The notes under the pieces: generated by a model
The model's database searches: none
The model's input: only the letters and a program-made list of their open reading frames with translations
Told to the model about the DNA's origin: nothing
Assembly (NCBI GenBank): GCA_048938895.1
Contig: JBHLLU010000028.1
Coordinates: 1-52,503, forward strand
DNA from: Promethearchaeota archaeon
GTDB lineage: Archaea; Asgardarchaeota; Lokiarchaeia; Sigyniarchaeales; SOKP01
Direction of reading: 5' to 3'
Length of the DNA stretch: 52,503 bases
In this document: one piece after another, positions 1-9,910 of the stretch
Layout of the letters: each line of letters starts with the position of its first letter
Position numbering within the stretch: the stretch's first letter is position 1
Made by a program: the position numbers and the translations under genes

Positions 1-38
1 ATTGAAATCATAATTTTTATTTTTCTTAAATTTTTCAT
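1..38 (-). CDS. Probable 5' end of a gene running off the window (MKNLRKIKIMIS..., signal-peptide-like basic start)
   Basis: ATG at 38 preceded by GAGTGA on the - strand; frame open to the window edge; only 12 codons visible. Confidence 0.35.
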   Translation of the reverse strand, partial: MKNLRKIKIMIS

Positions 39-240
39 ATAGTTTCACTCATTTCTATATACATATTTGCTTTCCAGCAAAAGAGATTTCATACCAACTG
101 GTGTCTTTTTAGGAAAGATAAATATTTAAATCTTAGCGTTGAAAATTGTGATCCTTTTCATGAATGAAATTAATATGAATGGTAATAATTAAATGAGATA
201 AAATCAAAGTATTTTATACACAATAAAATAGTGGTCCAAA

Positions 241-447
241 ATGAAAGTTGAAGTAATCACAATTAACCTATTGAACCAGACCTTATATCATGCCAAATCG
301 TCCGGAATAGATAAAATGGAACTTGAGAAAAAAGGTTTTTTTTCTACTGCTTTGGGATATATCGAAGAATATTGTACCAAAAACGGATTTGATATCATTA
401 ACGTACATGGTTCTAATAATAGAGTTTACGAGCTTATAAAACGATAA
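241..447 (+). CDS. Small hypothetical protein (C-terminus loosely DUF4177-like)
   Basis: 68-aa ORF with upstream GTGGT and a downstream oligo-T tract; ends IEEYCTKNGFDIINV...YELIKR. Confidence 0.6.
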   Translation: MKVEVITINLLNQTLYHAKSSGIDKMELEKKGFFSTALGYIEEYCTKNGFDIINVHGSNNRVYELIKR

Positions 448-571
448 AGCTTTCTTTTTTTTTATTATTTTAGTATTTAATTAAGCAATTTTAAAGTTGA
501 AAGTTTTAAATTGAATTTTGACAATTTATTGTATAATAACTTATTTAGTTCTTTTTAAAGAAGGTGATCAA

Positions 572-1408
572 TTGAAGAAAAAAAAGAAGTCAGATCTAAA
601 ACCAATTGAGATGGATACCCCATGGGCAAGAAAAGCGAAGAAAAAGGCTAAATATGCCAAATTACCTATAATAAAACGAAAAGTAAGAAAACGCAGGTAC
701 CCTGACGGTTTTGATAACCAAACAGGTTCTGCCATACCTGTTAATATATCTTTAGGCACTTATGAGGATCAGATTGTGTCGCGTAAAGTAGTAGAGTACT
801 TTATCAATAAGGCAGGTACAATACTTTTAATGGATTGTCCATGTCGCACTCACAATAAATGCAAGAATCATGATATTACGTTAGGTTGTACTTGGTTGGG
901 GCGTGGAGCTGGTAAAATAGATCGATCTAAATGGCCTGGAGCACATCTCGCAACTAAAGAGGAAGCTTTAGAACGAGAGCGATTGGCCTATGAAAATGGT
1001 TTAGTTCCCCATATGGGAAAACTCAGAGCTGATGCTGTTTTATATGACGTGTTGGATTATGAAGACGAATTTATGAGCATTTGTCATTGTTGCTCTTGTT
1101 GCTGTGTCGTAGCTTTAAGCAAATACGGTCCAGCCGATTTTAGAAAAGTTTCGAGAAGAATGGAGGGTGTAGAAGTAAGAGTTGATCCGGATAAATGTAC
1201 AGGGTGTGGATTATGTTTCAAAGTTTGCATAAGAGATGGATTGAAAATGAAAAAAGGTAAAGCAATGATCAATCAAGAAAATTGTATGGGATGCGGACGT
1301 TGTGTAAGAGAATGCCCAAATCAAGCCATTTCTATCTCTATAGATGATTATAGTCGTATTGATGAGTTGATTGCTAGATTTGAATCACGTGTAGATATTT
1401 CTGGTTAA
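572..1408 (+). CDS. 4Fe-4S dicluster ferredoxin-domain protein
   Basis: CTGCGLCFKVC and CMGCGRCVRECP motifs plus CPCR and ICHCCSCCC; start moved from 518 to TTG 572 because AGGTGA lies just upstream. Confidence 0.85.
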   Translation: MKKKKKSDLKPIEMDTPWARKAKKKAKYAKLPIIKRKVRKRRYPDGFDNQTGSAIPVNISLGTYEDQIVSRKVVEYFINKAGTILLMDCPCRTHNKCKNHDITLGCTWLGRGAGKIDRSKWPGAHLATKEEALERERLAYENGLVPHMGKLRADAVLYDVLDYEDEFMSICHCCSCCCVVALSKYGPADFRKVSRRMEGVEVRVDPDKCTGCGLCFKVCIRDGLKMKKGKAMINQENCMGCGRCVRECPNQAISISIDDYSRIDELIARFESRVDISG

Positions 1409-1437
1409 TTTAACCATAATATAAATTTAATTTAAGC

Positions 1438-2100
1438 ATGAAAAATCAGATGAAAACATTTATTCTCTATAAGAGAGAGCATCAAACAGAAATTCCTGAA
1501 AAGTTCAAGGAAGATGATAATCGAAGTTTTGAAGAAATAGTAAAGTTATTTATCGAACAATATTCAAAACCAGGTGATACTGTACTTGATATATTCGCAG
1601 GTTTAGGAACGACACTTATCATGGCAGAAAAACTAGGTCGCATTCCTTACGGAATCGAAATTCTCAAACAAAGATATCAATACATTATTTCACAAATAGA
1701 GCATAAAGAAAATATTATTAATGGAGATGCAAGAAAGTTGCTTGATTATGAATTTCCTCCCATCAATTTGGTCTATACATCACCAATTTATATGTCGAAA
1801 CAGGAAACTAGAGACCCTTTCAATGAATATAAAACATTGGGGAGTTATCCTCAGTATTTAAAGGATCTAAAAAGCATATTTACTGATCTCAAAAAGTTTC
1901 TAAAACCCTCCTCATATGTTATCGTTGAGATTGCTAACCTCAAGAATGAGGGAATTACAACTCTAGCATGGGATTTGGGGAAAGAACTCTCAGACAAGTT
2001 TAACTTTGAAGGAGAGATAATTCTTGCTCACAAAGAACCTCGAGACAGAGAATCTTTTGGGTATGATCATTCCTATGCCCTTATTTTCAAAAATATATAA
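1438..2100 (+). CDS. SAM-dependent amino-methyltransferase (DNA N4/N6 or TRM11-like)
   Basis: Motif I VLDIFAGLGT, motif IV-like TSPIY. Confidence 0.75.
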   Translation: MKNQMKTFILYKREHQTEIPEKFKEDDNRSFEEIVKLFIEQYSKPGDTVLDIFAGLGTTLIMAEKLGRIPYGIEILKQRYQYIISQIEHKENIINGDARKLLDYEFPPINLVYTSPIYMSKQETRDPFNEYKTLGSYPQYLKDLKSIFTDLKKFLKPSSYVIVEIANLKNEGITTLAWDLGKELSDKFNFEGEIILAHKEPRDRESFGYDHSYALIFKNI

Positions 2101-2149
2101 TAATTTACAAATAAGAAAAAAAATATTTGGAATTGGAAATTTTATATGT

Positions 2150-2791
2150 TTATGTAAGCTTTACTCTTTTTCTCTTTTTGATGACTAAGAGGATAAGTCC
2201 TACAGAGAATATGATAATAGCACTATAACCTAATGGTATCGAATCACCAGAACCATCAGAGGACGTACTTTGTAAATCTAATCTATAATTTTCTACTCCT
2301 CCAACAACTATTTTTCCTTCAGTTAATATGCCATCGTTATTATATGTCATTTGTATTTCCATGGTTCCTATTACTTCGGTAATAGTATTGTCAACAATTG
2401 TATAATTACTAAAAATAGTACTAAATATCGTAAGATCTATGGGTGTTGGGATCAATCCAACCCCACCAATTCCAAGTAAAGAAGCTTGACCAGTGAATGT
2501 AAATGTTATACCATTATACCATATCAGCTCTCCTTCATCTATAACTGTCCCTCCACTGTATTTAATATTTCCTTCAACAATCAATACACCCCCCGCTGAT
2601 GATACATTTGTAATTGTCATTATGACATCATCTGTGTATACATCATAAAAATAATACTTCCATTTGATGGTATCGTCAATCTCGACGGATACATCTGCAG
2701 CAGCTGATCTTATATTTATACTATTAAATGATAGTAGAAAAATAGCAACAAAATAACCAATTAGCCAAAATTTTGATCTTTTTGAATTAAT
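2150..2791 (-). CDS. Secreted/surface protein with signal peptide and Loki-CTERM-like anchor; probable ATT start
   Basis: Frame open 57 codons upstream of the listed ATG (2620), encoding INSKRSKFWLIGYFVAIFLLSF...AAA; C-terminus IPLGY + TM + KKRKR. Confidence 0.75.
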   Translation of the reverse strand: MNSKRSKFWLIGYFVAIFLLSFNSINIRSAAADVSVEIDDTIKWKYYFYDVYTDDVIMTITNVSSAGGVLIVEGNIKYSGGTVIDEGELIWYNGITFTFTGQASLLGIGGVGLIPTPIDLTIFSTIFSNYTIVDNTITEVIGTMEIQMTYNNDGILTEGKIVVGGVENYRLDLQSTSSDGSGDSIPLGYSAIIIFSVGLILLVIKKRKRVKLT

Positions 2792-2937
2792 TTGTTAACA
2801 CCTTTTTAATGGATTTGATATATATATTTTAAACTAAGGTATATTTAAGTAACTCCTTTTTCTATACAAAAATGGCTAAAGAATTGACTTCCGTATAACA
2901 AATAAAGATTAAAAAAGAAAAAAATATGATGATAAAC

Positions 2938-4014
2938 CTATCCTATAAAGGTTACGGCATTTTTCAGTGAAATTTCCGCTTCTTTTATAATTCTATCGAT
3001 GATATCTGCAACACTTTCAATTTTATCAACTATACCAATACTTTGTCCCAATAGAACCCCACCGTTTTCCATATCGCCCTGGTAGGCAGCAAAAGCAGCT
3101 TTTGCATCTTTTCTTAACTCCTCAGCAAGTTCTTCCTGTGATATAGATGACCTGTGTTGTTCTCTTGCTTTTTCTTCAGCTATCTTCTCTTCTTTGGTTT
3201 TTACTAGTCCTTTCGACAATGCATACTTATTTCTCCAATATCTTATGGTTCCTAGACTTCCCGTCCTTATAATTGTATCGGAAGCCTTAGCTGGGGGTAC
3301 TACACCTTTATAATTTTCATGAAATTCACTATCCTTCGAGGCAATAAATCTGGATCCCATAGCTATTCCACCTGCCCCAAGAGCTAAGGCTGCAGCTAAA
3401 CCTGCTCCCGTAGCAAATCCACCACACGCAATTTTTGGTATATCCGGATGTTTTTGTTGTACTTGCTGCAATAAAACCAGACCTCCAACTTTCTCATATG
3501 ATTGATGACCTCCACCTTCGAATCCTGTTACAACTATCCCGTCACATCCAGCTGTGACACATTTATCAGCTAGCCAAAGTGCAGGAGCGACGTGAAAGTG
3601 TTTGATCTCTGTACTTTCCCTTAATTTTTGAAAAGCTTTATTTTCAGGCATCCTTCTTGCTGATCCCGCACTAGAGAGTGCATATAGGCATTGTTCTCTT
3701 AACTTTGGGTTTGCCATTATATGTTTTGAAGTTTCTGTGATTAAGTCATCCACAGGTTCAAGTCTGGATGTTCTTATGTTGAAACCAAAAATCCCATTCG
3801 TATGTTCAACCACATAATCAAGATTTTTCTTCATTGCATCGAGATAATTTTTTTCATGACCATCCATAGATACATTTGTATGTGAAATCATGCCAAGTCC
3901 TCCCGCTTCGGCAACCGCTACAGCTAATTCGGTTGTTCTGAAGGGTCCCATTGCAGCACTGGCTATTGGATGCTTAATTCCAAACATTTCGGTAATATTT
4001 GTTTTTAATGTCAA
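2938..4014 (-). CDS. Nitronate monooxygenase / FabK-like FMN oxidoreductase
   Basis: HPIASAAMG, GFEGGGH, IACGGF, MGSRF motifs; start TTG 4014 after GAGGTG. Confidence 0.88.
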   Translation of the reverse strand: MTLKTNITEMFGIKHPIASAAMGPFRTTELAVAVAEAGGLGMISHTNVSMDGHEKNYLDAMKKNLDYVVEHTNGIFGFNIRTSRLEPVDDLITETSKHIMANPKLREQCLYALSSAGSARRMPENKAFQKLRESTEIKHFHVAPALWLADKCVTAGCDGIVVTGFEGGGHQSYEKVGGLVLLQQVQQKHPDIPKIACGGFATGAGLAAALALGAGGIAMGSRFIASKDSEFHENYKGVVPPAKASDTIIRTGSLGTIRYWRNKYALSKGLVKTKEEKIAEEKAREQHRSSISQEELAEELRKDAKAAFAAYQGDMENGGVLLGQSIGIVDKIESVADIIDRIIKEAEISLKNAVTFIG

Positions 4015-4093
4015 ACTTAGACACCTCAATAACTAATTAATCGGAAATTGAATAAAAACTGTTCTTATTTTAAAAGATGTTAAACTTAATACA

Positions 4094-4843
4094 TTACCAG
4101 AATTCAGTTAATCGATTTTCGCTTGAAACCTTATCTTTTGAGCCTTCGAAAGCTTCCTGAATCGTTTTATATTTATTTAAACGTTGAAGAGTAGAATATT
4201 GAGGAAAAATAATCTTAATTTGCTTTTTCTTAAATTTTTCAAGAAAATCTTTTGGAGTTCCCCATTGACCTTCTGTTAATTCATCAGTGAATAAATTAAT
4301 ATTTTGATTTTGAGGATATTTACATAAGAAAAATTGGGTATCAAATCTGATGGGAGATGCCTCAGGAGTTATTAATCTTCCGAAATATCTTAAATTTTTA
4401 GCATCATAGTAAAGATTTTCTTTAGTCAAGATATCAGTCATCGTTTTTTGTTTCTTTTGAAGACTCTTCTGGTATTTTTTTAATTTTTTGAGTCTTTCTA
4501 TCCTAACTAAGTCATTTGAATTATCAGCAGCAATCAAAATTCCAGTTTCTTCGAATAACTCGCGGATTGCTATTATCCAGAGATTTGCAGGATCTTCACA
4601 AATTTCTGTTAATTTATTAATGACACCCTCTTCAATTCCTATCAGTCTTGATCTTGAGTCATCAGTAAGGTCTTGATCATCAAGAGCACCTCCAGGAAAA
4701 ACATGATGTTCACTCATAAATTTAGTATTTTTATGTCTTTTAGCCATAAATACTTCAAATTCACAATCGTCTCCGGATTCTAAGTGTGTTGTTCTTTCCC
4801 GCAGTAAAACTACTGTAGCTGCTAATTTTGGTTTAACAGGCAT
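4094..4843 (-). CDS. Nudix hydrolase (NUDT19/acyl-CoA diphosphatase-like)
   Basis: AATVVLLR, VFPGG, AIRELFEETG, RFDTQFF. Confidence 0.85.
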   Translation of the reverse strand: MPVKPKLAATVVLLRERTTHLESGDDCEFEVFMAKRHKNTKFMSEHHVFPGGALDDQDLTDDSRSRLIGIEEGVINKLTEICEDPANLWIIAIRELFEETGILIAADNSNDLVRIERLKKLKKYQKSLQKKQKTMTDILTKENLYYDAKNLRYFGRLITPEASPIRFDTQFFLCKYPQNQNINLFTDELTEGQWGTPKDFLEKFKKKQIKIIFPQYSTLQRLNKYKTIQEAFEGSKDKVSSENRLTEFW

Positions 4844-4900
4844 CTTTATTCTTTATTCATTTGAGCTTTTTTAAAGTTTTTTAAAATAAAATAAAAAATG

Positions 4901-5737
4901 TTAAAGTTCTTTATACAAACCTGTTTTTGTGAAGTTCTTTGAAAAATATCTGCCATGTTTTTTATAATTTATCTCTTTCCACTCCACTACTTCATCCACG
5001 TTATGATCTCCACAGATAACTATTACATCGCTGTTTTTATATGAATTCAAAGAAATGTTAACAACTTCCTCAGGAGTCATAGGACCACCAAACTTCCCGG
5101 GAGTAGCGATCTTTGCAGGACCAAAGATTTCCGTGTTAGTATTACCCGGACATATAGCTTTAAGTTTTACCTTTGATTTAATAAAGTTTAATTTAAGCTG
5201 CACCATTTCTGTGAAAACTGAAATAAAAGCTTTCGTTGAATGATACATTGGTTCTCGTGAGCCATGCAACAATAGTGATGCGATTGATGAGATATTGAAA
5301 ATCACACCCCTGTCATTTCTTTGCATTGGTTTTAGCGCTGCATGCATTAAACGAGTTGTTGCCCCACAATGAAGATTGATCATCTTCATAAAGACACTAG
5401 CATTAGAATTTTTGCCGATGAAATTTTCTAAAGTACCAAATCCTGCGTTATTTACTAAAACATCAAGATTATCAATAGATTCGATATATGCAGCAAATTC
5501 TTCCATAAATTCTGTCTGGGAAAGATCACCTGGAATGATTTTAACGGCTATACCCTCTTTTTTCTCTAATTCTGAAGCTAAGGATTCTAATCTTTCTTTT
5601 CTTCTTGCTGTGATAACTAAATCAAAACCTTGCGAACTTAAAATTCTGGCAAATGATTCTCCAATCCCAGAACTTGCACCAGTAATTACAGCAATGCCTG
5701 GATTTTTCACATCCATAAAATTATTCTTATTATCCAT
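4901..5737 (-). CDS. Short-chain dehydrogenase/reductase
   Basis: TGASSGIG, NNAG, YHSTK. Confidence 0.92.
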   Translation of the reverse strand: MDNKNNFMDVKNPGIAVITGASSGIGESFARILSSQGFDLVITARRKERLESLASELEKKEGIAVKIIPGDLSQTEFMEEFAAYIESIDNLDVLVNNAGFGTLENFIGKNSNASVFMKMINLHCGATTRLMHAALKPMQRNDRGVIFNISSIASLLLHGSREPMYHSTKAFISVFTEMVQLKLNFIKSKVKLKAICPGNTNTEIFGPAKIATPGKFGGPMTPEEVVNISLNSYKNSDVIVICGDHNVDEVVEWKEINYKKHGRYFSKNFTKTGLYKEL

Positions 5738-5822
5738 ATTTAATACCGCTTTATAATTCCCATAATTTTATACATAACCAAAATATTCTAACGCTTTTAA
5801 ACCTCGTCCAGTATATAAAAAA

Positions 5823-7235
5823 TTACTCATAATGGATTTTTTCCCAGATATCCTCAGACCAATAAAGTAATAATCCCTCTTTTTCCTTTTTTAGTACCTT
5901 TTTCTTAAATTCTAAATAATCCAAATGCACTAATGTCTCACTTATTGCGAGGATTTTGTTCATTTGATCTAGATCATCCCCAAAGTGTTGAAGTGCAATT
6001 TGGAGTGGAGTTGATGGCTTTCTATGAATGATTTTTGATATCTCATAAAGTCGGTTTTGATGATGATTTTTGATAGCTGTTATACGCGAATGGGGATCAT
6101 AAATGATTTGTTCATGTCCCGGTAAAATTATCTTAGAATTTAATTGGTCAATTCGATCTAACGAGTTAAGATAATGTTCTAAGATATTCTCAAAATTGTA
6201 TTTCTTATTAAATTCACTACTACCGGGAATTGCTAAACCTCCTAAATGGGGAGTTATATTACTTAATATATGGTCTCCAGAGAATAAAACTCTTTTTTTA
6301 GGATAATACACACATATATGACCAACTGAATGACCTGGAGAATGTACGATTCGAAGTTCTCCATCTACAATTCTATCATCATTATTAAGTAATATATCCG
6401 GTTTTATATATTCAAATTCCATTCCCCCTCTGCCAAATCTTTGGGTGAATAAATTCGCTTCCTCTTTTTCAAGTCCATATTTTATAAGCAAATTTATACG
6501 TTCTCTGGTTAATTCTTCAATATTATCATTCCTTGTGGATTCTAATCTTAGTTTTGCCAGAGCATGCGCCATTTCGTGTAAGCATATTTTTACTTCTGGA
6601 TTTGCTTCTTTTAAATCTGCTGCTAATCCAATATGATCAGGATGTTCATGAGTAATTATACAGAAATTAATATCCTTAAGCGAAATCTTTAATTCATCGA
6701 GTGCTTTCAAAAATGCTTTTTTCCAGTATTGCAGGGAATATCCTGCATCAATCAAAACATAGTTGTTATTTATCTTAAAAAGATATAAACTGACTATATT
6801 AGAGAAACCAATATTTATCTGATGGATATCTTCTAAAGTAAATACTTTATAATATTCAAAATCTATAATATTTGGTAACTTTGAGAAAAACACTTTAAGA
6901 TCTTTAAAATCCTCAACATATTTACTTAATTCGGGATATTCATTAATTAGTGGCATTTTAAAAGTATTATTGAAGAAGTTGGTAAATGAATCTTCATATT
7001 CCAGATAAAGAATATGACAATCATGAGCTCTCCATAAGAATAATTGAAGTATTTCTTCGGAAACTTTAATTCTTTTAGAGAGATCTTTAATAAAGCGTCT
7101 AACAGATGTTTGAGGAACAAATTTTTTGAATTCTTGAAAGATTAAATTCTTTTTCTTCTGATCTAACCTATAAATTTCTATAAGATTTTCAATAAACCAT
7201 CTCTCTAATTTGAAATTCTTGTATTCTTCCTTCAT
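5823..7235 (-). CDS. MBL-fold metallo-hydrolase with N-terminal extension
   Basis: THEHPDHIG, PGHSVGH, SGDH, PGH motifs. Confidence 0.88.
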   Translation of the reverse strand: MKEEYKNFKLERWFIENLIEIYRLDQKKKNLIFQEFKKFVPQTSVRRFIKDLSKRIKVSEEILQLFLWRAHDCHILYLEYEDSFTNFFNNTFKMPLINEYPELSKYVEDFKDLKVFFSKLPNIIDFEYYKVFTLEDIHQINIGFSNIVSLYLFKINNNYVLIDAGYSLQYWKKAFLKALDELKISLKDINFCIITHEHPDHIGLAADLKEANPEVKICLHEMAHALAKLRLESTRNDNIEELTRERINLLIKYGLEKEEANLFTQRFGRGGMEFEYIKPDILLNNDDRIVDGELRIVHSPGHSVGHICVYYPKKRVLFSGDHILSNITPHLGGLAIPGSSEFNKKYNFENILEHYLNSLDRIDQLNSKIILPGHEQIIYDPHSRITAIKNHHQNRLYEISKIIHRKPSTPLQIALQHFGDDLDQMNKILAISETLVHLDYLEFKKKVLKKEKEGLLLYWSEDIWEKIHYE

Positions 7236-7275
7236 ATAATCTACAATCCATACTTAAATTAGACGAATTAAATGT

Positions 7276-8154
7276 TTATTCTAAAAGCATATCTCTTCCA
7301 TTAAATATCGGTTTCATATGATATTGCATAGAAAATTCCTGCATCTCCTCATCAGAGAGACCTTTCTCAAATCGACTCGCCGCATCGAGTATTTTAGGTA
7401 AAAGTCGTATATCGGAGCTTGTATTTAGAAAAATTCCTTCTCTGTTTAAAACCCAATGAACTGCTCGATCGATATTAGATTGATCATCAAAGGGTTCATA
7501 CCAGGTATTCCACTTCCTTTCTTTTTTTCCCCACGGACCTCGAGCAAGGGATTTTATTGTTTGAAAGGCTATACTCCGATCTTTGCAAATATTCAATAGG
7601 TTTTCAAAATCCGAAGCATATTTCGGATTTTGCATCATTATATAGTTATATGGTAACAATACTGAATCAAATTCGAAGCGCTCAAGACTACGAATGTGAA
7701 TTTCTGCAACTCCATAGCCATGTCCAGTTACACCTATATAATTCACAATCCCTTGTTCACGTGCTTCAACAAGGGCTTTTAAAGCACCATTTTCTCCCAT
7801 TACTCTGTCCCAGCTTTTTATATCTGTTAAATTATGTATCTGTATCAAGTCTATTGAAGAAACTTGCAATCGTTCAAGTGAATCTTCTATCTGTTTTTGT
7901 GCATCCTTATAGCGACGTTTAAACACTTTTGTAGCAAGGAAGAATTTACTACGGTGTTTTTCCATCCAGGGACCGATACGTAGTTCTGAATCCCCGTATC
8001 CTGCAGCTGTGTCAATATGATTAATTCCATACTTTAAAAGTACATTAAGTGTTTTATCTGCGTCAGCTTGATTTACATTACCTAAAGCTGCAGCACCAAA
8101 AATTACCTTCGTGCTTAAATGTCCTGTGTTACCAAATTTTTGTAATTCGATCAT
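7276..8154 (-). CDS. Aldo/keto reductase
   Basis: [26 protein letters not shown]. Confidence 0.92.
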   Translation of the reverse strand: MIELQKFGNTGHLSTKVIFGAAALGNVNQADADKTLNVLLKYGINHIDTAAGYGDSELRIGPWMEKHRSKFFLATKVFKRRYKDAQKQIEDSLERLQVSSIDLIQIHNLTDIKSWDRVMGENGALKALVEAREQGIVNYIGVTGHGYGVAEIHIRSLERFEFDSVLLPYNYIMMQNPKYASDFENLLNICKDRSIAFQTIKSLARGPWGKKERKWNTWYEPFDDQSNIDRAVHWVLNREGIFLNTSSDIRLLPKILDAASRFEKGLSDEEMQEFSMQYHMKPIFNGRDMLLE

Positions 8155-8323
8155 TATGAACTTCCTCTTTAGATGAAATAATTCCCTTCCATTATTTGGT
8201 TTTAAATTATTTTATTAGTATTATTTAATGTTACCTTCACAAAAAAATATATTGCCGAAAAGTTTTTAAATACTTAAAGAGAAATATTTAGCTGAAATTA
8301 AAAAATAAATCAATAAATCCCTT

Positions 8324-9886
8324 ATGAGCGAAGAAGAAAGATACAATAGCATCATTCAAGAAATTAAAGAGATATATTTGACATTAACTCAAGGTGAACC
8401 AAGCCCTGATGATGAAATTGAAGCTCGGACAGCTCTAATTGAAGAAATAAAGAATATATTGGGATCGGATTCACCTCAAGTAATTGCTAATCTTGATTTA
8501 TTTGAAGAAACTCTTACTAAATTAGAGAGTTGGGATACTCTTGAATTATGGTTTACTGAATCAGAGTTACCTGAACAAATTAGAAAAATAATTAACCTCA
8601 CCGAAGAATTAAAAGTAATAACAAATGAAATAGAATCTGAAGAAATAATTAGGGAACAAGCACGAAATGATTTGAATTCAGTAAAATTTGACATAAACAA
8701 AATCGTAGATCAAGTATCTGACAAATTTCGAGGAGAGATCAACGATCTTAAACAAGAGATTGATTTTCTAAAACATGAATTAGAAACTAAAGATGAATCA
8801 CTTAAACAGGTGACTCAAAAAAGAGTAGTGAAAAAAATTGTTCCCAAGAAAGACGTAAAGCTCCCTCCTCCTAAGATTAAAATTCCAGTCGTTGGAAAAC
8901 CCGAAGTAGCGCCACAAGTTAAAGCACCAAATGCCATAGAAACTGAAAAACCTGCTATTGTGCCTCAGGTAAAATCACCAAATGCCATAGAAACCGAAAA
9001 ACCTGGAGAAAAAATAGGAGTAAAATCCATCGAAGATGTGCAGGCTAAAATCGAAGAAGAAATTAAGAAATTAAAACCCTCACCCCTGATTGAAGAAAAA
9101 CCGAAACTTATTGAGGAAATGCATGAAGAAGCAAAATCAGTTTTAAGCATGCTCGAAGAATTAGAACCTTCTTCTCCTTTTGATAAACAAGCAGTAAAAA
9201 TGGAACCTATTTCAGGGGAAAAATCTATTTTGGATATATTAGATGAAGAAGATACTGTTCTAAATATAATAGAACCAAGAGAGTCTCGAGAAAAAGGAAG
9301 TGCTTCAAATAAAGCTCGAATAGTCACTGAGGCATCTCTTGTTGAGGAAGAAATACCTAAACTACAAGAAGAATCATTATTTGGAGCAAAAAGTCCTACA
9401 ATTAAGGCTTTAAGTGTTGAGGAAATCGAAACAGAAGAAATCAAATCAAGTGGGAGTGAGTTATTCAATGTATTTTCTTCAGTCGGAAGTAAACCTATTA
9501 AAGAACCTTCTTCTACTGATCAATTTCCTAGCTTAGAACCTGTTAAAGACAAAAAGAAGAAGGAAGAGAAAAAGAAAAAGAAGGACACAAATACAATGTC
9601 GTTTGTTAATTTTGGAGATAAAGCACCTCAAGTAAGCTCTCAAGAAGAATCATCACTCAGTACAGATGAACTACCAAAAGACAAGGATACTTTATATCAA
9701 GAATTAATTGCTCTTGAAGGCAGACGGTATTCCCTCGAAAAGAACTTTAAGGAAATTGAAAGAAGTTATAACATGGGCTCTATCGATGATTTCGAATATA
9801 AAAGCCAAAGTGATGATCTAAAGAAAAAACTCGACGAAATAACATCCAGAATTAATAGGATAAGAAGAATAATCGCGAGTATGTAA
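8324..9886 (+). CDS. Coiled-coil/low-complexity protein with C-terminal steadiness-box-like helical hairpin
   Basis: 520-aa ORF; helical N-terminus, coiled coil, Pro/Glu/Lys-rich middle, C-terminal LYQEL...GSIDDFEY. Confidence 0.8.
   Translation: MSEEERYNSIIQEIKEIYLTLTQGEPSPDDEIEARTALIEEIKNILGSDSPQVIANLDLFEETLTKLESWDTLELWFTESELPEQIRKIINLTEELKVITNEIESEEIIREQARNDLNSVKFDINKIVDQVSDKFRGEINDLKQEIDFLKHELETKDESLKQVTQKRVVKKIVPKKDVKLPPPKIKIPVVGKPEVAPQVKAPNAIETEKPAIVPQVKSPNAIETEKPGEKIGVKSIEDVQAKIEEEIKKLKPSPLIEEKPKLIEEMHEEAKSVLSMLEELEPSSPFDKQAVKMEPISGEKSILDILDEEDTVLNIIEPRESREKGSASNKARIVTEASLVEEEIPKLQEESLFGAKSPTIKALSVEEIETEEIKSSGSELFNVFSSVGSKPIKEPSSTDQFPSLEPVKDKKKKEEKKKKKDTNTMSFVNFGDKAPQVSSQEESSLSTDELPKDKDTLYQELIALEGRRYSLEKNFKEIERSYNMGSIDDFEYKSQSDDLKKKLDEITSRINRIRRIIASM
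8912..9004 (+). repeat. In-frame tandem duplication, 51-bp period
   Basis: PQVKAPNAIETEKP (8912-8953) and PQVKSPNAIETEKP (8963-9004). Confidence 0.85.
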
Positions 9887-9910
9887 AAATTTTATTTGAT
9901 ATTTCCAAAT

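Noticed and set aside
8965-9468. 167-aa Ser-rich - strand ORF
   Set aside because: Antisense shadow of the Glu-rich 8324-9886 gene
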